DNA of 64,000 nt from Isurus oxyrinchus (taxonomy: Eukaryota), in the NCBI GenBank assembly GCA_026770705.1, contig JANJGN010000034.1, positions 3,720,001-3,784,000 on the forward strand, read 5' to 3'. The notes below the pieces were generated by a model, which did not search any database, was not told the DNA's origin, and saw nothing but the letters and a program-made list of their open reading frames with translations. Every line of letters begins with the position of its first letter. Position 1 is the stretch's first letter. The position numbers were made by a program, and so were the translations under genes. This document shows positions 38,901 to 52,340 of this stretch, piece by piece.

Positions 38901-41569
38901 CTTCATGGCTTGCTATTCTTTCGAGTGTGGTATCGTTGAGAAATTTTGAAATTTTCCTCAAAATTCCAAGATTAAAGTATCTTACATATAATACAATGCA
39001 ATCGTCTAAATACTATTTTAAGGCAATTAAATAGTAAAACATTTGGAAAAAGCACCAACCCTCTTGTAATCCACTTATTGTATCCGCTGTTAGAGACAAA
39101 CAGAATATGTTACATCTATGCAACAGCAGATTAGTTACAAAAATACTGAGGAATAGAATATTTTGATCAAAGAAACACAACAAACTTCAGAGATGCAATA
39201 ATATGTTGAAGTACAATGTCATATACAGCTTTTATGCAACAACGCTGGCAGAGATTCGAAAACTCTTTATGCACCATACTGGATATGCAGTTCCATTGCA
39301 GCAAGTGGGGCTGAATATACTGAGAAGTAAGTATAATCCATGGTGACCTGACGCTTTTCTGCACTGTTAACAATTCGATGCTGTCAAAATTACACATCAA
39401 GTTCTACTTATCCTTTTCTATGTTGCATATCGTCTGAACTTTCTGAAATAGTCTTCACCAGTCACTGACTTCCATACGCAAGAATCATGGAATGGCATAA
39501 TAATAAGCAGGAGGCCATTCGAACCATTTATTCTGTGCAGACTCCAGTAAAGAGCAATTAAAATTGTCTCACACTGCCAGTCTTTTAAAAGTACGATCAA
39601 CTTTTACACATCAAGCATATCGAAAATAAATTGAAGGCTGCTATAATATCTCGTTTCACTGTGATGTCAGCAGGACTTTTCAACTTCACTCTAGCCGTGG
39701 TGACAAAGCTTTTTGTTGATGCTATTCTTCCTCGTTGGCCAAGAAGATGGAAACTGATCCCTGTGGCTATGGTCATTCCAGACATTCGAAACAGGTTTGT
39801 TTTATTTATTCTCGCTGAACCATTTGTATCAATTCTGGCAATTCTACACTCAGCTTTCTCTGCTAAATTGAAAATGCGGAGAGCTTGGCCCAGCCATCCA
39901 TTTTGTCCAGCTACCCATGAATCAGGAACACATTTCACAATGTTCTGGCCGATGGATAAATACATTGGATTGGGGCTAATCAATGACGGACTGGTTTACA
40001 TTTTGTAAAATAATGCAGTAATGCATGTGGTAGGAGGGGAAAGGGATGTTGGAACACAAAATCCAGAAATGTGTCCTAAATATTATGAAGGTGAATATTA
40101 ATAAAGAGATTAAAGAAGTAAAAAAAAACTATGATATACATTGGAGATTATAGCTGTATCAAAAATGTCATGCTGCAATCGAACAATCATACCTGGAATG
40201 CCCAGCACAGTTATGTATAACATATTGGCGCAAATATTTCGATTTCGGAAGGCCATACCCCAGAAGTTGCAGTAAAACGAATCATTAACTGTATTTGCCT
40301 GGAAATTTGAAACTGCTGGTGGGCAACTACCCTGCACTCAGAAATAGCCCGCACTCCAAGTTACATTGGAGATATTGGATGCTTTTGAATGTCGGAACAT
40401 AATAATTACTCAGAAATGTGACAGTGGTTAAACCAGTGCTTACTCCGGGGTAACTACAGGACTGACATCCCACTCACCCTCGAACACCATGGTATCCCAA
40501 ATACTACAGCCAACCCGACTACCCCCAAAAGTCCCAACTATCCCTACCGGTCCCCCGAGTGACCCTCCAAACTCCACAGCTTTTCCCCAACCAATCAACA
40601 AAATCCCCCCACCTCTGGGCCTGCGCCGACAACTCTACACTCCCCCACCCACCGAGACCTTTCACTGACCACCAGACATGCTGCTCGCTCCACTTACTAT
40701 CCTACATCCCTCACTCATACTCTCCCTTCCTAAGTGCTACATTGCAAATTGCCCGTGCCCCTGACTTCTGAAAATTTCAGGAGCCTTTGAAACTGCCTGC
40801 CTTACAGTAGCTAGTGCCTTTGAAGTGCGTTGGGTAGGTGGTGAGTTTTGATTTCCCTCGACTCTGCTGCACTTTATTCACCTGGTCCTGTCGAATGCTA
40901 TAGTTGCAGATGCATGTAGGTAAAAGTAAAAATGAGGCGCGTGGCAAACCAATTCCGATTCCTCTCCTCGGAAGTTATTTCCCTTGAATGAATAGTATGC
41001 CATAGAGGAACGTGTGAAGGAGCAATTTATATTCTCACGTGTGGTGGAAGGATAGAAAACATCATGCTAGTGGAAACTGAGCAGAAAATTAGGTTTCCTT
41101 TTAACTTAAAATATAAGATTTATTTTTTCCTAATAAACGGTACTCAAGTATGCATGTCACTTATTTACAGTTGGCATAGAGAGGCCAATCATGCTTGCAG
41201 AACGAAATAATTATTTATCTTCCATATTAAATCATCATTGAATACTCAGATATGGAATTCACGATGGATGGATGCACCAAGAAGTGAAGATTTGGAATTG
41301 CAGCCCCCCCACCACCGCCACACTCCACTCAGAGATTATGTAAAAAAAAACATTGCCCTGGCAATAAAGTTTAAGCGATCAAATCATTTGGGGGCCGGGG
41401 GTGGGGGGGAGGGGGGGTGGGGTGAGGTGGGGGAAACTGAAGTGTAATGCTGATGTAGCTGGTTCAGAATGGATTGGAATATGAATGATTTGAATTAACC
41501 ATTACGCTTATAGAATTGAAAAGGCTATTTCTGGGCTGTATGGTTTACGCATATTTATGCATTCTGCAT

Positions 41570-42060
41570 AAATATATATTACATAGTTTTCGGATTGCCT
41601 CCCATCTTCGACATTGTTTTCATTCAGATCTCTTGTTTCCTTTGCATTATTGCCCTGGCTGATTTGAATTGCTTGCAGGTTCAACAACTAATCATTTAAG
41701 AAAATTGCTTCAATACCAAATCAACTATTCATCTTCTCATCTCAATGCCTCTGCAATGCTTTGCAGCCCGATGACAACCTGATACCTCTGTGCTGGTGCC
41801 ATACTGTACTTTTGTGAATTACCAGCTAACATCCCTCCACTTGTAGCAAATGTGCTTTCAGCGGCTTTAAGCTTATGCCGTGGAAGTCCTTCACCTAATA
41901 CTTTCATTTTTAATCCTTGTCTCCCTTCCTTAGCATTCTACTTGGAATTTCCTTTTCGACAAGCAGTTGATCAGCAGTTCTGATTTGTTTTTTTGCTTCT
42001 TTAATTGTACTTCACTCAATTTGAATGTCCATCATGGAAATCGATCCAATTATTTTATGT
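41570..42060 (+). mobile_element. L2 LINE 3' end
   Basis: gtgctttcagcggctt...tggaagtccttc...cttttcgacaagc resembles the L2 AFSxxxPxLWNSLP region and 3' tail. Confidence 0.55.
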
Positions 42061-42919
42061 AAGCAGCTGAACTGGCAATATTGCTACTGAAATGGTGGTA
42101 TGGTCAAAAATGCAAAATTTAATGAGTGTGTCTTTTGTTTATAGTAGAACATGCAGATTAATGTCACTGGACAGGAATTCATAAACCGTGTAGGGAATCC
42201 AGTTTTCTCTCTGGTGAAAGCAATTCGGTAGTTAGAAACAACTTTTCACATAGAGCGCAAGTTTAAAAGTTTGAAGAACTGCAATGTGCTTTTGTAGGAA
42301 AATGTGAAGGGGAAATGTTAGGCTACTTGTTTAGTTAAGTGGTATTAGTTACGTTGGCTCGTAAAATTGTTAATAGGGCGAATCAGGGAAACAAAACTAT
42401 TTACAGATATGCGCAGTCGGGATCAGCAAGTTACTGGTTGCAGCAGAAACTACGATCATGCCTCGTGCTGGTTGCTAATACACATTTAAAGATGAGTCGT
42501 CCTTTGGTAAAATGCAATTTTACAGGATCCTGCATTCTCTTTGCCTCTGCAGGCACCTTTACAGGTAATGTAATCTCTGCATGCTACAGAAGTCAAGACC
42601 TCTGCGTGAGACAAATATTGTTTCTCGACTTCGAGACGATCAGTATCCATGCGTCTTACCACTATTTTTTAAAAATGTTTTCCTGGACCGCCGAAATTTC
42701 GGAATTTCGACCAATTGATCTGATCAGTATTGAAAACTTGGCCTGATCTGGAGGGAATAAATTGTGATTCAGTGCAGGTTACATGGTTAAACAAAAATGA
42801 GGATATATATGCATAAGTCACATGTCATAGAGCTTAACATTGCAACATTGATTGTGCTTCTTCAGCCCCATTCCATCTCTACTGTATTTTACATGAATTA
42901 TCAGAAAGCATTTTCTTAC

Positions 42920-42955
42920 CACACTTCTTAAGAAGAGCGCTGCACTCTATAAATT
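42920..42955 (-). CDS. class B micro-exon, 36 nt, (E)FIECSALLKKC
   Basis: cattctttttacttacag|AATTTATAGAGTGCAGCGCTCTTCTTAAGAAGTGTG|gtaaga. Confidence 0.8.
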
Positions 42956-43599
42956 CTGTAAGTAAAAAGAATGAACAGTTTACCATGGGCCTAACAGGCA
43001 ATGTTCTGTTGCCTCGATTGCTGTTCTTGCACGGTGATGATAAGGGGTTATGGAACTAAAGCTTGACATCTGGCCACATTCTGAAATATATTTTTGATTC
43101 TTTCCATGCCTTTCCAGGGCTCTCCTGAAATCAATACATTTTCTGAAAAAGAAAAATGACAGAACACATCAAGAACTGATGGTTATGCCTGGAATCTAGT
43201 GCAAGTGGGACCGCACCAGCAAGTATGTTCAGTTGTAATTGATGTTAACAATTTGAATCCAACTTAGAACTGTAAAACCGCAATGACACATCAAGCTAGA
43301 CCAAAGACCAAGATAAAAGAATAAGTGCCCCACTACCCATGAATAAAAAATTCGTTCTTGGAAACTCTGACTCAGCAGTTGCAATTTTAAAAGATTTGTA
43401 AGCTTTTCCTATGACTAGGCAGCATATCCTTCTGCACAGGAAGTGGAGCTCAGTCTGCACCATGAATCACTTGCAAATGTGAGATGTTGGTGCAAGTAGG
43501 ATATCGATGCAGAGGGAGAATGAGGTGATTTGTTTTATTTTCAAACCTTCTGTAGGTTGTGAAGATTGGTATATTTTTCAAGCAAAGAAAATGGAAGCC

Positions 43600-44260
43600 T
43601 CTGTTCTGGTAATTAACCAAAAAGGCAACCAACTTTACTGATGAAGTAAAATATAAGAAACAAAGGTTTGGACAACATGAGAGGAAACGTGGACTGCTGT
43701 GGTTGCAAAATAATTCTGGAATTCATTTCAGTCCAGCACACACATATCTCCGGTGAACATCTATGTCAACTGCGTCCCAGTGTTGCTGAGCTGGACTCTG
43801 ACTTTCACATATTATTGATAATCAAGAAGCAGGAAAGTTAAATTAACCCGGAATGGAGTCACTTTGATTAAGTCAAATTGTTGAATTGCGGAATATCATG
43901 GGATTAACATCAGCAGAAAAATCGTATTTGAAAAATTAAGGGTCAAAAACCTGGCAAAACTCTGGGACAAAATTTCCGACATCATAGTGTCCCAACAGCA
44001 TTCACTCCAGAAATATTGGATGCCCTGGTAATCATTCAAAAAAAATCCCCACAACCTAGAATGGTTCAAGTGAAGTTGCAGTTAGCAAGTATAGCACTGC
44101 AATTGAAGAAGAAACATGACTGCGATGCCATGGAATAGAGGCCAATCAGCCAAAATTAACACGGCTTGAAATAATTGGAATTATCAGTAAGGACGTCATT
44201 AAACTTACTGTCACTATTTTGGACGCTAATACCAAACATGTTTTGAAAAATCTCTTTTAG
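43600..44260 (+). mobile_element. decayed CR1 ORF2 middle
   Basis: ALVIIQ...MVQVKLQLASIALQLKKK...RPIS, resembling ALxxIFQ..VPxDWRxANVTPLFKKG..YRPVS. Confidence 0.55.
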
Positions 44261-44280
44261 TTTAAGGTAAAACATTTTTC

Positions 44281-44520
44281 ATCAATCCATCCATCCATCC
44301 ATACATACGTCCGTCCATTTGACCGTCCACCATTCGGCCAGTACATCCGTCCAGCCACCCATCCGTCTGTGCTTCTGTCTATCCATCCTCCCGTTCTGCA
44401 AGCCAAGCATCAGTCCACCTGTCTATCCACCCATCAAATCGTCCACAAAATTACCCATTCATCGACTCTTCCATCAACGTGTTTATCCTTCTATCTGTCT
44501 ATCCATCTATTTATTTATGT
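44281..44520. repeat. degenerate (ATCC)n/(GTCC)n microsatellite
   Basis: atccatccatccatcc...atctgtctatccatctatttattt. Confidence 0.9.
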
Positions 44521-45049
44521 AATTATTTACTTATTTAGCAAAATATTTATTTGCCACAGTGAAGTTGAACTGTTTCATACTCAAATTCTACTACACTGAG
44601 TTCTGAAGGAAGAAGCATCACCTGTAATTGCGAGCCAAATGTATAACACGTTTTGCTCTCCAATTTTCACAAAGGTAAAACTCTCAGTCTCCGCCTGGTT
44701 AACTCTCACTGGCAATACTACACCTCATTTCTGGCCCAAAGACTTCAATTTAACGCTCAGACATTAAAAAGGCATCTGTTCTCTCATGTTTCCAGACTGA
44801 TAAAGGCTTTGCTTACATTTCAGTGAATGCAGCAATATTAGATGTTTTTTTTTGTCCTTTTGGCTCCCGCGCATTCCAATGTTGGCATTTCATTGCCTAT
44901 TGATTCAAATCTTGCAAGAGCCCCATTGGCTTAGTATCCCGGTAGATACTAATCATCCATATCTGTAAAGGAAAGCAGATTATTTTATTGAAGTGTGGAA
45001 ATTGTAATAATAGATGTTTATCTTTTTGCACTGCTTCGAAGGAAACAAC

Positions 45050-45600
45050 AACTTAGCAGCAAGTGCAACAAGCAGTTAAGAAAGAAAAAGTCATTTTGCC
45101 CCTTGTTGCAGTTTATTTGAATAGAATAGGAGCAAAACATTTTGAAATATTAGAGCGCACTATAGAAGCCATGGCTGGTGTTCTGTGTACAGTGTTGTTT
45201 TCCATATTTAAGGACTAACATCGTTAAACTGAATGCGGTGCACGCCATGTTAATTTGACTGCTATGGGAAATGAGACGTCATGCTATGAATGCCTCTATT
45301 ACCTAAGCGTACTCCCTCTGATGTTTAGTTGCAAAATATAGAAATAGAGCCGATCGTGCTCAAAAAAATGAAAGGTTATGGAAACAATGTTGCCAGGATA
45401 GATATTGAGAGGTATTTGTTTCACTCCATGTGACATCTTTTACCAGCCTGTGTTTAATGGTGCAATCAATTAGATGCGAAGTGGAGAGAAATATCTTCAT
45501 TAAATAGTTGACCACCTTTAGATTTATCTACCATGGAGGATTGTAGCTGCATTGATAACCTATGTCTGTATAATTATTTATTAATATTTGAACCCATTAA
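45050..45600 (+). mobile_element. CR1 3' portion, decayed
   Basis: caagtgcaacaagcagttaagaaag, ttctgtgtacagtgttgttttccatatttaagga. Confidence 0.65.
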
Positions 45601-45807
45601 TTCTGTACTTAATAATAGTGATTGAATGAGAGTGCTGGATCACACATTCGACATCAAAAATACTAAATCCCAAGCGTTCTATATACATATAGCCGACAAA
45701 TCGCTCATGGTGTTCAGTTTGGGAGTTTTGCGGCTGACTTTGAAGAGGGATGCGACTACAGATTCATTGGTCTGGAAGGAAATGGCGTTATAACTCATAA
45801 CCCCTAC

Positions 45808-45834
45808 CTTTTGCGTTTGCCTTCAACAGCTCCT
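45808..45834 (-). CDS. class A micro-exon, 27 nt, (E)ELLKANAK
   Basis: tgtctctttaacag|AGGAGCTGTTGAAGGCAAACGCAAAAG|gtaggg. Confidence 0.75.
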
Positions 45835-46339
45835 CTGTTAAAGAGACATTCGTTCAGTTTAGTACAGGAAGTTACACACAACGACATCAGTTTTGCTCTT
45901 GCCCTTTTCCATGTTGCAACTGAACTCCTGCAAAGAGCTGAAGTGAAATAAAAACATAGATATCTTATTTCCAATGGTGCAGAAATGGTTTTCCAATTGT
46001 AATGTCGTCGTCTGTCCAACAGCAAGCTTCTGAAATGGTTTTCACTACATACCCTTTTATTTGACGTCACATGGAATTGCAAGTTCAGCAAAACTCATTT
46101 AACTCAACCTACAAAGCTAAGGTGGATAGAGAAGTGTTTTTTTCGACCTCAATCTTCCAACTAATGTCCTCCCAGAGCTTTGTATAAATACCTTTTAATG
46201 GCATGAATGAACTTCAGCTCCCACCGAACACCCACCCGATCCCCCACTCACAACCCCCCCACCTCGTCTTACATTCAGTTGCTCAGCAAATGCATGATTC
46301 CAAATCTTTCACAGGAATTGTTTTTTCATTGCTGCTTGT

Positions 46340-47250
46340 AGAATTTACCAATGCCTCTTGAGGAAACTAAGCTGACAGCCATGGACACAGGCGTTGTCCT
46401 TAAGTTCCCTATATCTTCATTGTTGACCTACTCTTCACCAGTTTTGCTATCAACAATCCATTTTTCCAAACTTACACAAAATATACTTGGTCTATGTTGA
46501 ATGATGCCTAAAAATGCTCATCAGTGAACTGAGGACTTTTGAGTTAAAGGTTCAACCTCAAAGTACATGCTGCAAGAGACACTCTGAATAATGTTGATCG
46601 CTAACCATATCATGGCAGCCACATCTTTCAAGAAGCCACTTTGACGAGGAGATCCAATAGCAGATAAACTGTGCCAGCTCAGCCTCTTGAAATCAATAAC
46701 AGCGACTGCTTGACAACAATTGCTGCCACATGTCAGGAAATGTACAAGTGCCCAGCACAGTTGTCAACACCAGTCTCCTGTATTGCAATGAGACCATGGG
46801 CTGTGTTTCTGTGAAAGATAGGCGGGCTTGGGAAAGTACATTAACAATGCACCAAATTTTCCAAGTAATATGTAACTGCTGTCGAACAAATGTTAGCATC
46901 CTTTTCAAAAGCAGTTACACAAACATTCAGGCAAATCTCTGTTTCAATATATTTCGATAGCTGAGGCACTATGCACGGTTGGCCGAAAATATTCTCCACC
47001 AGCGGGCCGTAGTTTCGCAGCACTCAAATCCACAGTTGGACAAGGGAGGGCAACGGAAAAGCTGCAAAGACATTCAGAAGATTTCCTTGAAGAACTGCAG
47101 CATTGATATTATTGACTGAGTGAAGCATACTACGAATTTTTGAAAATGGTGGCAACTTGCCCATGAATTTCAAACATCGTCGCCTCCAGGCTCCTTAATG
47201 ATGAAGCATAATGATGGCAGAGGTAGAAGCACAAGTAAGAAATTCGTGCA
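46340..47250 (+). mobile_element. RTE-clade LINE 3' half, decayed
   Basis: VVNTSLLYCNET (~VVxxxLLYGxETW) and GGQRKSCKDIQKISLKNCSID (~GGQRKRxKDxLKxSLKxCxID). Confidence 0.75.
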
Positions 47251-47510
47251 AACTTAATCCCACTAAAGTGAGAGTCGGCACACAGACGGTACGCATACAA
47301 CTGCAATTGAGAATTGATCTATTCGCTCAAAGAACAATGGCAAAATCTCACTACCCTGAGAAGTGCCATCCACATATGGAATTTTGATATGGTAGATGCA
47401 CTTGAATGTTTGAACTGCGGCTTTATTTTTGTACTCCAGAGGGGACTTTTGAGGCTCATGTTAAATGTATTATTTCTCGTTTCAACGATGTTGGTCAACC
47501 TACTTCTCAC

Positions 47511-47534
47511 CAGTAACGCAGTTTCTATCTCTGC
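47511..47534 (-). CDS. candidate 24-nt micro-exon, (G)RDRNCVT
   Basis: ccatttttag|GCAGAGATAGAAACTGCGTTACTG|gtgaga. It preserves frame, but the peptide is unlike the other classes and it may overlap a LINE relic. Confidence 0.35.
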
Positions 47535-50131
47535 CTAAAAATGGTGTCACTGAGAAAATGGTACTGCTGAGGACAAGCTGCTTGATGATGGGTGAGGAAG
47601 TGAGGCAAAAGGGTTTTCAGCAGGAGGCAATGTGAAGGTTCTACATGAAAAGATATCGGATGGAATTGCAAGCCTGTGACATATTCTTTTCAATGCAACG
47701 TTCACCAAACACCGCTCTTTAGCCTGGGCATACCTGGATATAAGTACGCCCTAAGATTTTGGAAAGCATGGTTTTGCTGATGGCCGTAAAAGTGTGCAAA
47801 CTTGACCCAGAAACTCTTCACACCAGGAGCTGCCGACTCGGGATTGAAGATCACATCGAAAGACTGGGGTCACTGCTGGATCCGGAAGAAGGAGGTGATT
47901 GCTGCATTGCATACAAATAGAGGCATTTAATTACATTGTCCCGTTCTTGATAGAGCAAGGTAGAATGGCAAGTGGCTTTGCAGGATGATCTTGCGTATAT
48001 ATCGCCAATGTCATTGCGCAACAACCTCAGATTGTGCTGGAGTTGGCTGCTCTGTATGACTGACATGCCGTTAAAAAATCCACTGGCACAGTCGCCATAT
48101 TGGATGGAAAGGCATCTGAATCAGACAGGACAAAATGTTCGTGCTCATTAGAGACACTGCGTTCCCTGGTGCTCAGTGCTTCAGCTGCACTGCATTAATC
48201 CTGTTGCAAGATTGTTGACAGACTCTGCCAATTACACTTGGCATATGCCACCATGATGAAGCCAGGCTGGCATAAAAAGTGCAGTAACATGCACATAGCA
48301 TCAGTCATTCTTTGAAACCCCTCTGTATGACACCCAAAAGCAGTGCTCCTCTGAAATGTTTTCAATAAATATTTTTGTTCACTTAAGGCCTCCGCCATCA
48401 TGACAGCTGTACTTACATTTTCACCCACATTTTCTTCAGGTTATGGAAGGCCAGAACGCATCTCACTTACGTGTTCCCTTCAAGACAGCACGGAGCGTCA
48501 GTGATAGGCTCAGCGTGAGTAAAAATGTTCTCTCCCACTTTCCTTTCTGCATGGTGTTGTTATTTAGAAAAAAAAAAATTCGTCTGCACAGTAGGCTGAC
48601 CCAGGATCTCATTGTTTCTCGATATCGAGAAAGTGAAAGACACAGGGTTTGTTCTGTGCGAGGGGAATGGAGGACCGAGAGTGGTATTGTTTTTAATCAT
48701 ATGGATGCGTTAAATACAAGAAGTGAGGATGAAATGATATTGTGTTAACTAGAAGAGATATTATGTCTTATCATGCCATCATATCCAGTGATTTCAACCA
48801 ACTATTCGGCAGGTGTTCAGGCCTCAGGCAGAATTTTATCAACATGTCGTAGCGGGGGAGGGGGTAAAATTATGCGAACTGTTCAGAGGTCCACTTCCTT
48901 CAGCGCCATCAGAACCGCACCCACCCCCCCTACTACCACCGCCCCGCTGCGCAAAATGTTGCCGTGTCTCTAGAATTACAATTGACAAATTCTGCTGCTA
49001 CCGCTAATGAAATTCTGCAACACTGAAAGACCCTCACTGAGAGCAAGTTATGAGTAACTTTGCCCTTCAATAGAGATTGAAGTGACGAGTGCAACAGATT
49101 GTTGACCCGTCTGTTAGGGGAAATTAATTGACAGTATGTGTAAGCTGCAATATGTGGATGTGAGTCGCTCAGATTTGCAAAGCATGCGAGTTTCTAGTGA
49201 AGGAGACAAGTTGCAGATGACAAAGGTGTTGGCCAAATGAGTGATGGCAAGGTCCTGAAAGTAGCAGAGCATAACGTATGATATTTGAACATGCATTGAC
49301 TTACATTTGACCGCTTGACAGAGGTCATTATTTTATTTTCGTATTGTGTTTAATTTTGCTGCAATAGCAACTGCAGAGCCCCGTTCCTCTGCCCTCCATT
49401 GTTGGCAATATCAAATTTGGTAATCTGCCTCCACTGTCGTAGCAGTGCTTGTGCAGAGGCCTCATTGGATTCTATTCCTAGGCTAACTCCTTCTGTCGGT
49501 GCATCTCATGTTGTGAACTGTTCCGTGCAGCTTTGGGGAAACAGCATATCAACTTCATGCATGAGGTGTCATTCTTGCACATATACCTGGCCCAACAAAT
49601 ACGTACAATGAAAAAAAGACCTGGTTCAGTTGAAATGCATTGCCAATTTAACAGATGCAGGCATACCTTGAAATGTGCTTGGAATTACACACCTGGCTGG
49701 AGATTTTACGCACCTTTCAGGCATTTGCTCCTGATGCTTATAGGAAAGGTACTTATTATTGCTTGAACAAAATCGCTATTTGAATGAGCACGCATCACTA
49801 GAAGCAAATGACACGGGCTAAACGTATTCCACTCGCCATAAGGCCATTTTAGATCCTTATCCATTTTTGCACACCTTGGTACACCAGCCCGCAAAACTAA
49901 AGTGATCTTCAATGCTGTATTAAGACGGAACAAATGCAATATTCAAAATTACTTCAGAGAGGAAAACATGCAGTTATAATATGTCATTGGTTCTAATCAA
50001 TGCTCTCAGCACCAAACTGTAACCATGGCTTAAAGCTGATCTGTGGAGTTCCTAGCATACCATGTGCAAAGTTATCATTCCAATTTCAATGGTTCATACT
50101 GTGAAGTGATCGATTTGTCGAAACGAGTTAC

Positions 50132-50158
50132 CTCTGCCTTTGATTTCTAGCTTTTTTT
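50132..50158 (-). CDS. class A micro-exon, 27 nt, (E)KKLEIKGR
   Basis: attttcttcctaatag|AAAAAAAGCTAGAAATCAAAGGCAGAG|gtaact. Confidence 0.75.
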
Positions 50159-50579
50159 CTATTAGGAAGAAAATCTCGTTTCAAATAATAAAAGCAGCTG
50201 ATGATTCCCGAGGCACAGAGAAGAAATGAAGAAATCGGGTACCTAATTGCTACATTCTAAATTTACCATGATACCTTGGTGCCTAATAATAGTTTGCAAC
50301 GAAGTTCTATCTTAATAAGCTATCATCTCTAGAAAATGTTTTGATAATTTACGCAATAATAGGAATAAGCAGTTTTCTTGATGATTAGCAATGAATAACA
50401 TTTTTACAAAATTACAACTACACAACATATATGAGCAGCTTCAACTTCGATTGCGTATTTCAGTCTTCTTCATATTAAATTAGCTGGGCCTTTGCCCTGT
50501 GAAAATTATTTAGCCGGCTAACAATACACCATTTCCTTAGTCATATTAAGTCACATTGTTTTAATGAGGATCATGGAAG

Positions 50580-51760
50580 TATGAGTTCAAACAATGTTGA
50601 CAGCACAGATAGAAGGCATTTCTTTGCACTTGTCCATGCCGGATCTCTGGAATAGTAACTAACCAAATTCCACTCCCTAGCCTTTTCCTTGTGGTTTCCT
50701 TTGCACCTAATTGTACAAAACACTTTTCAAATGCTAAAAAAAAATCCAGAACTTAATGATGCATTACTAATATAAAGATAAATTCCACGCCCTCCTGGCT
50801 TCGTTGTTTTCCCCCGATCACCATGGCTGGGAGGATTCCCGTTCCTGATGTCATTACCAACGGGCACAATTCCATCCTATCTCCTCTAGCCGGATGGTCT
50901 TTGGTTTTGTAATTCGCCGCCGCTTCTCATTTTAATCTCCTCTTCTCCAGCACAACGGCCACATCTTCTCCAATACATTCTATTAGCAGAACCTCCCATC
51001 CTCCCTAGAAACTGCTGATAAAGTGCATTCGCCTGTGAACTCTCCAATGGCTTCCTAATCTTCCCTAAAGTATCATGTCAGACTCGGAAATGGTCACGTT
51101 AGATTGTAAGTTGGCATTATTAATACGCATTTCAAGACAGAAAAATCAAAGAGAACAGCAGATCACGGAACAGAGAGCCTGTCTTGTCTGCTATACATAA
51201 GAATCTATTATTTGGCAAGAGCATTTAGAAGAGCACAGTATAGTTAGAAAAAAACGCAGCTTAGCTTTGCTGAAGGGGAATCGTGCTTGACATAATTTTA
51301 ACGCTTTTGGGTGATGTAGCTAGAAGTTTAGAAGAACCAGTAGATAACATGTGCCTGCATTGCCAAAATAAATTACATAAAGCGGTCAGTGGGCAAAATA
51401 ACGGCTCATGGAGCTGGGGCTATTACATTCGTATCGACGGACGATAGGTTAATGCATATAAAACAGCGAGAAGTGATAAACGTGGCTCAGCGCGGACTGT
51501 GGGATGTATATGACTGTTCACACTGAAGGCACCGGAATTCGGACGTTATGCCTAACAGGAATAGATAAACGGGCTAATTTCTTGTGAAAATCGAGTGTTC
51601 TGATCTAGGATAATAGGGAATATTCAAAAATTATGAAAGGTTAAGATTGAATCGACATAATTGGAATTATATAGCTAATAATGTATTTCAAATTTATGGG
51701 TAACCAGTTGTGTACCAGCAACAAATGGAAGTCGGTAGCCATGCTAATGACATTAATAGA
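50580..51760. mobile_element. decayed CR1 fragments (minus ~50580-51110, plus ~51140-51760)
   Basis: Minus-strand CR1 3' end, followed on plus by ggggaatcgtgcttgac (GxSCLT) and aaaataacggctcatgga (KIxAHG). Confidence 0.55.
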
Positions 51761-51899
51761 CATGGCATAACTTTAATATTGTATCGGCTTGATGAGTCAT
51801 TTTTACTTTCGTGCTATATATTCTAGTAATTCCACTTAAAACGTATAATTTTGACTTTACAAAGGAAAATCCAATTGATTCCATCGAAGTACATTCGAA

Positions 51900-52340
51900 A
51901 GAATTGGTAGATTTAAAGCTTCCTTTCACAGCAGACATACAGACCTTCTCAGTCCCAGAACAATCTATAACTAAGTAGTCTTCAATGTTACAGATTCACT
52001 TCATGGTCTGGCTTCCCCCTATCTCTATAATGTTCTCCAATCCCACACGCTGTTTCTGCTTTTCACTTATTGGCCTTGTATACATGTCTAATTTTCATCA
52101 CACTGATGTAATGGTTGTTTGCCCTTGATTAAAAAGTTACGACTTGAATGTCTTTTTTAAACAACTATGACAATCAATGCTCATTTAGTCCGCTCCTGAA
52201 AACACCATTTTTTGATTAAGTATTAGCTCACCTGCCCTAACAAACTTTATTTGTGGTTCAGTGGCAAACGTAATTCCATATACTGCCTGTAAGCTGGTGT
52301 GGGCATTAAGTAGTTTAATGGAAATATAACTGTGGAGCAC
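51900..52340 (+). mobile_element. L2 LINE 3' end
   Basis: catggtctggcttccccctatctc (HGLASPYL ~ HGLAPxYL) and a tail gctcacctgccctaac...tgtggttcagtggcaaa. Confidence 0.6.

Noticed and set aside
42492-47538. Leader-V-C1-C1-TM SIRP/TCR-like pseudogene on plus
   Set aside because: The V overlaps CR1 and the 'TM' (VLQRGLLRLML) resembles the RT VPQGS motif. One 'acceptor' is actually the reverse complement of micro-exon 45808.
48388-48722. VJ-type Ig pseudo-exon (VLTFSP..EGQN..LTC..DTG..FCAR)
   Set aside because: It needs multiple frame changes and has no RSS. It fits an L2 3' end equally well (LRVP...DRLSV) downstream of RT-like relics at ~47340-47900.
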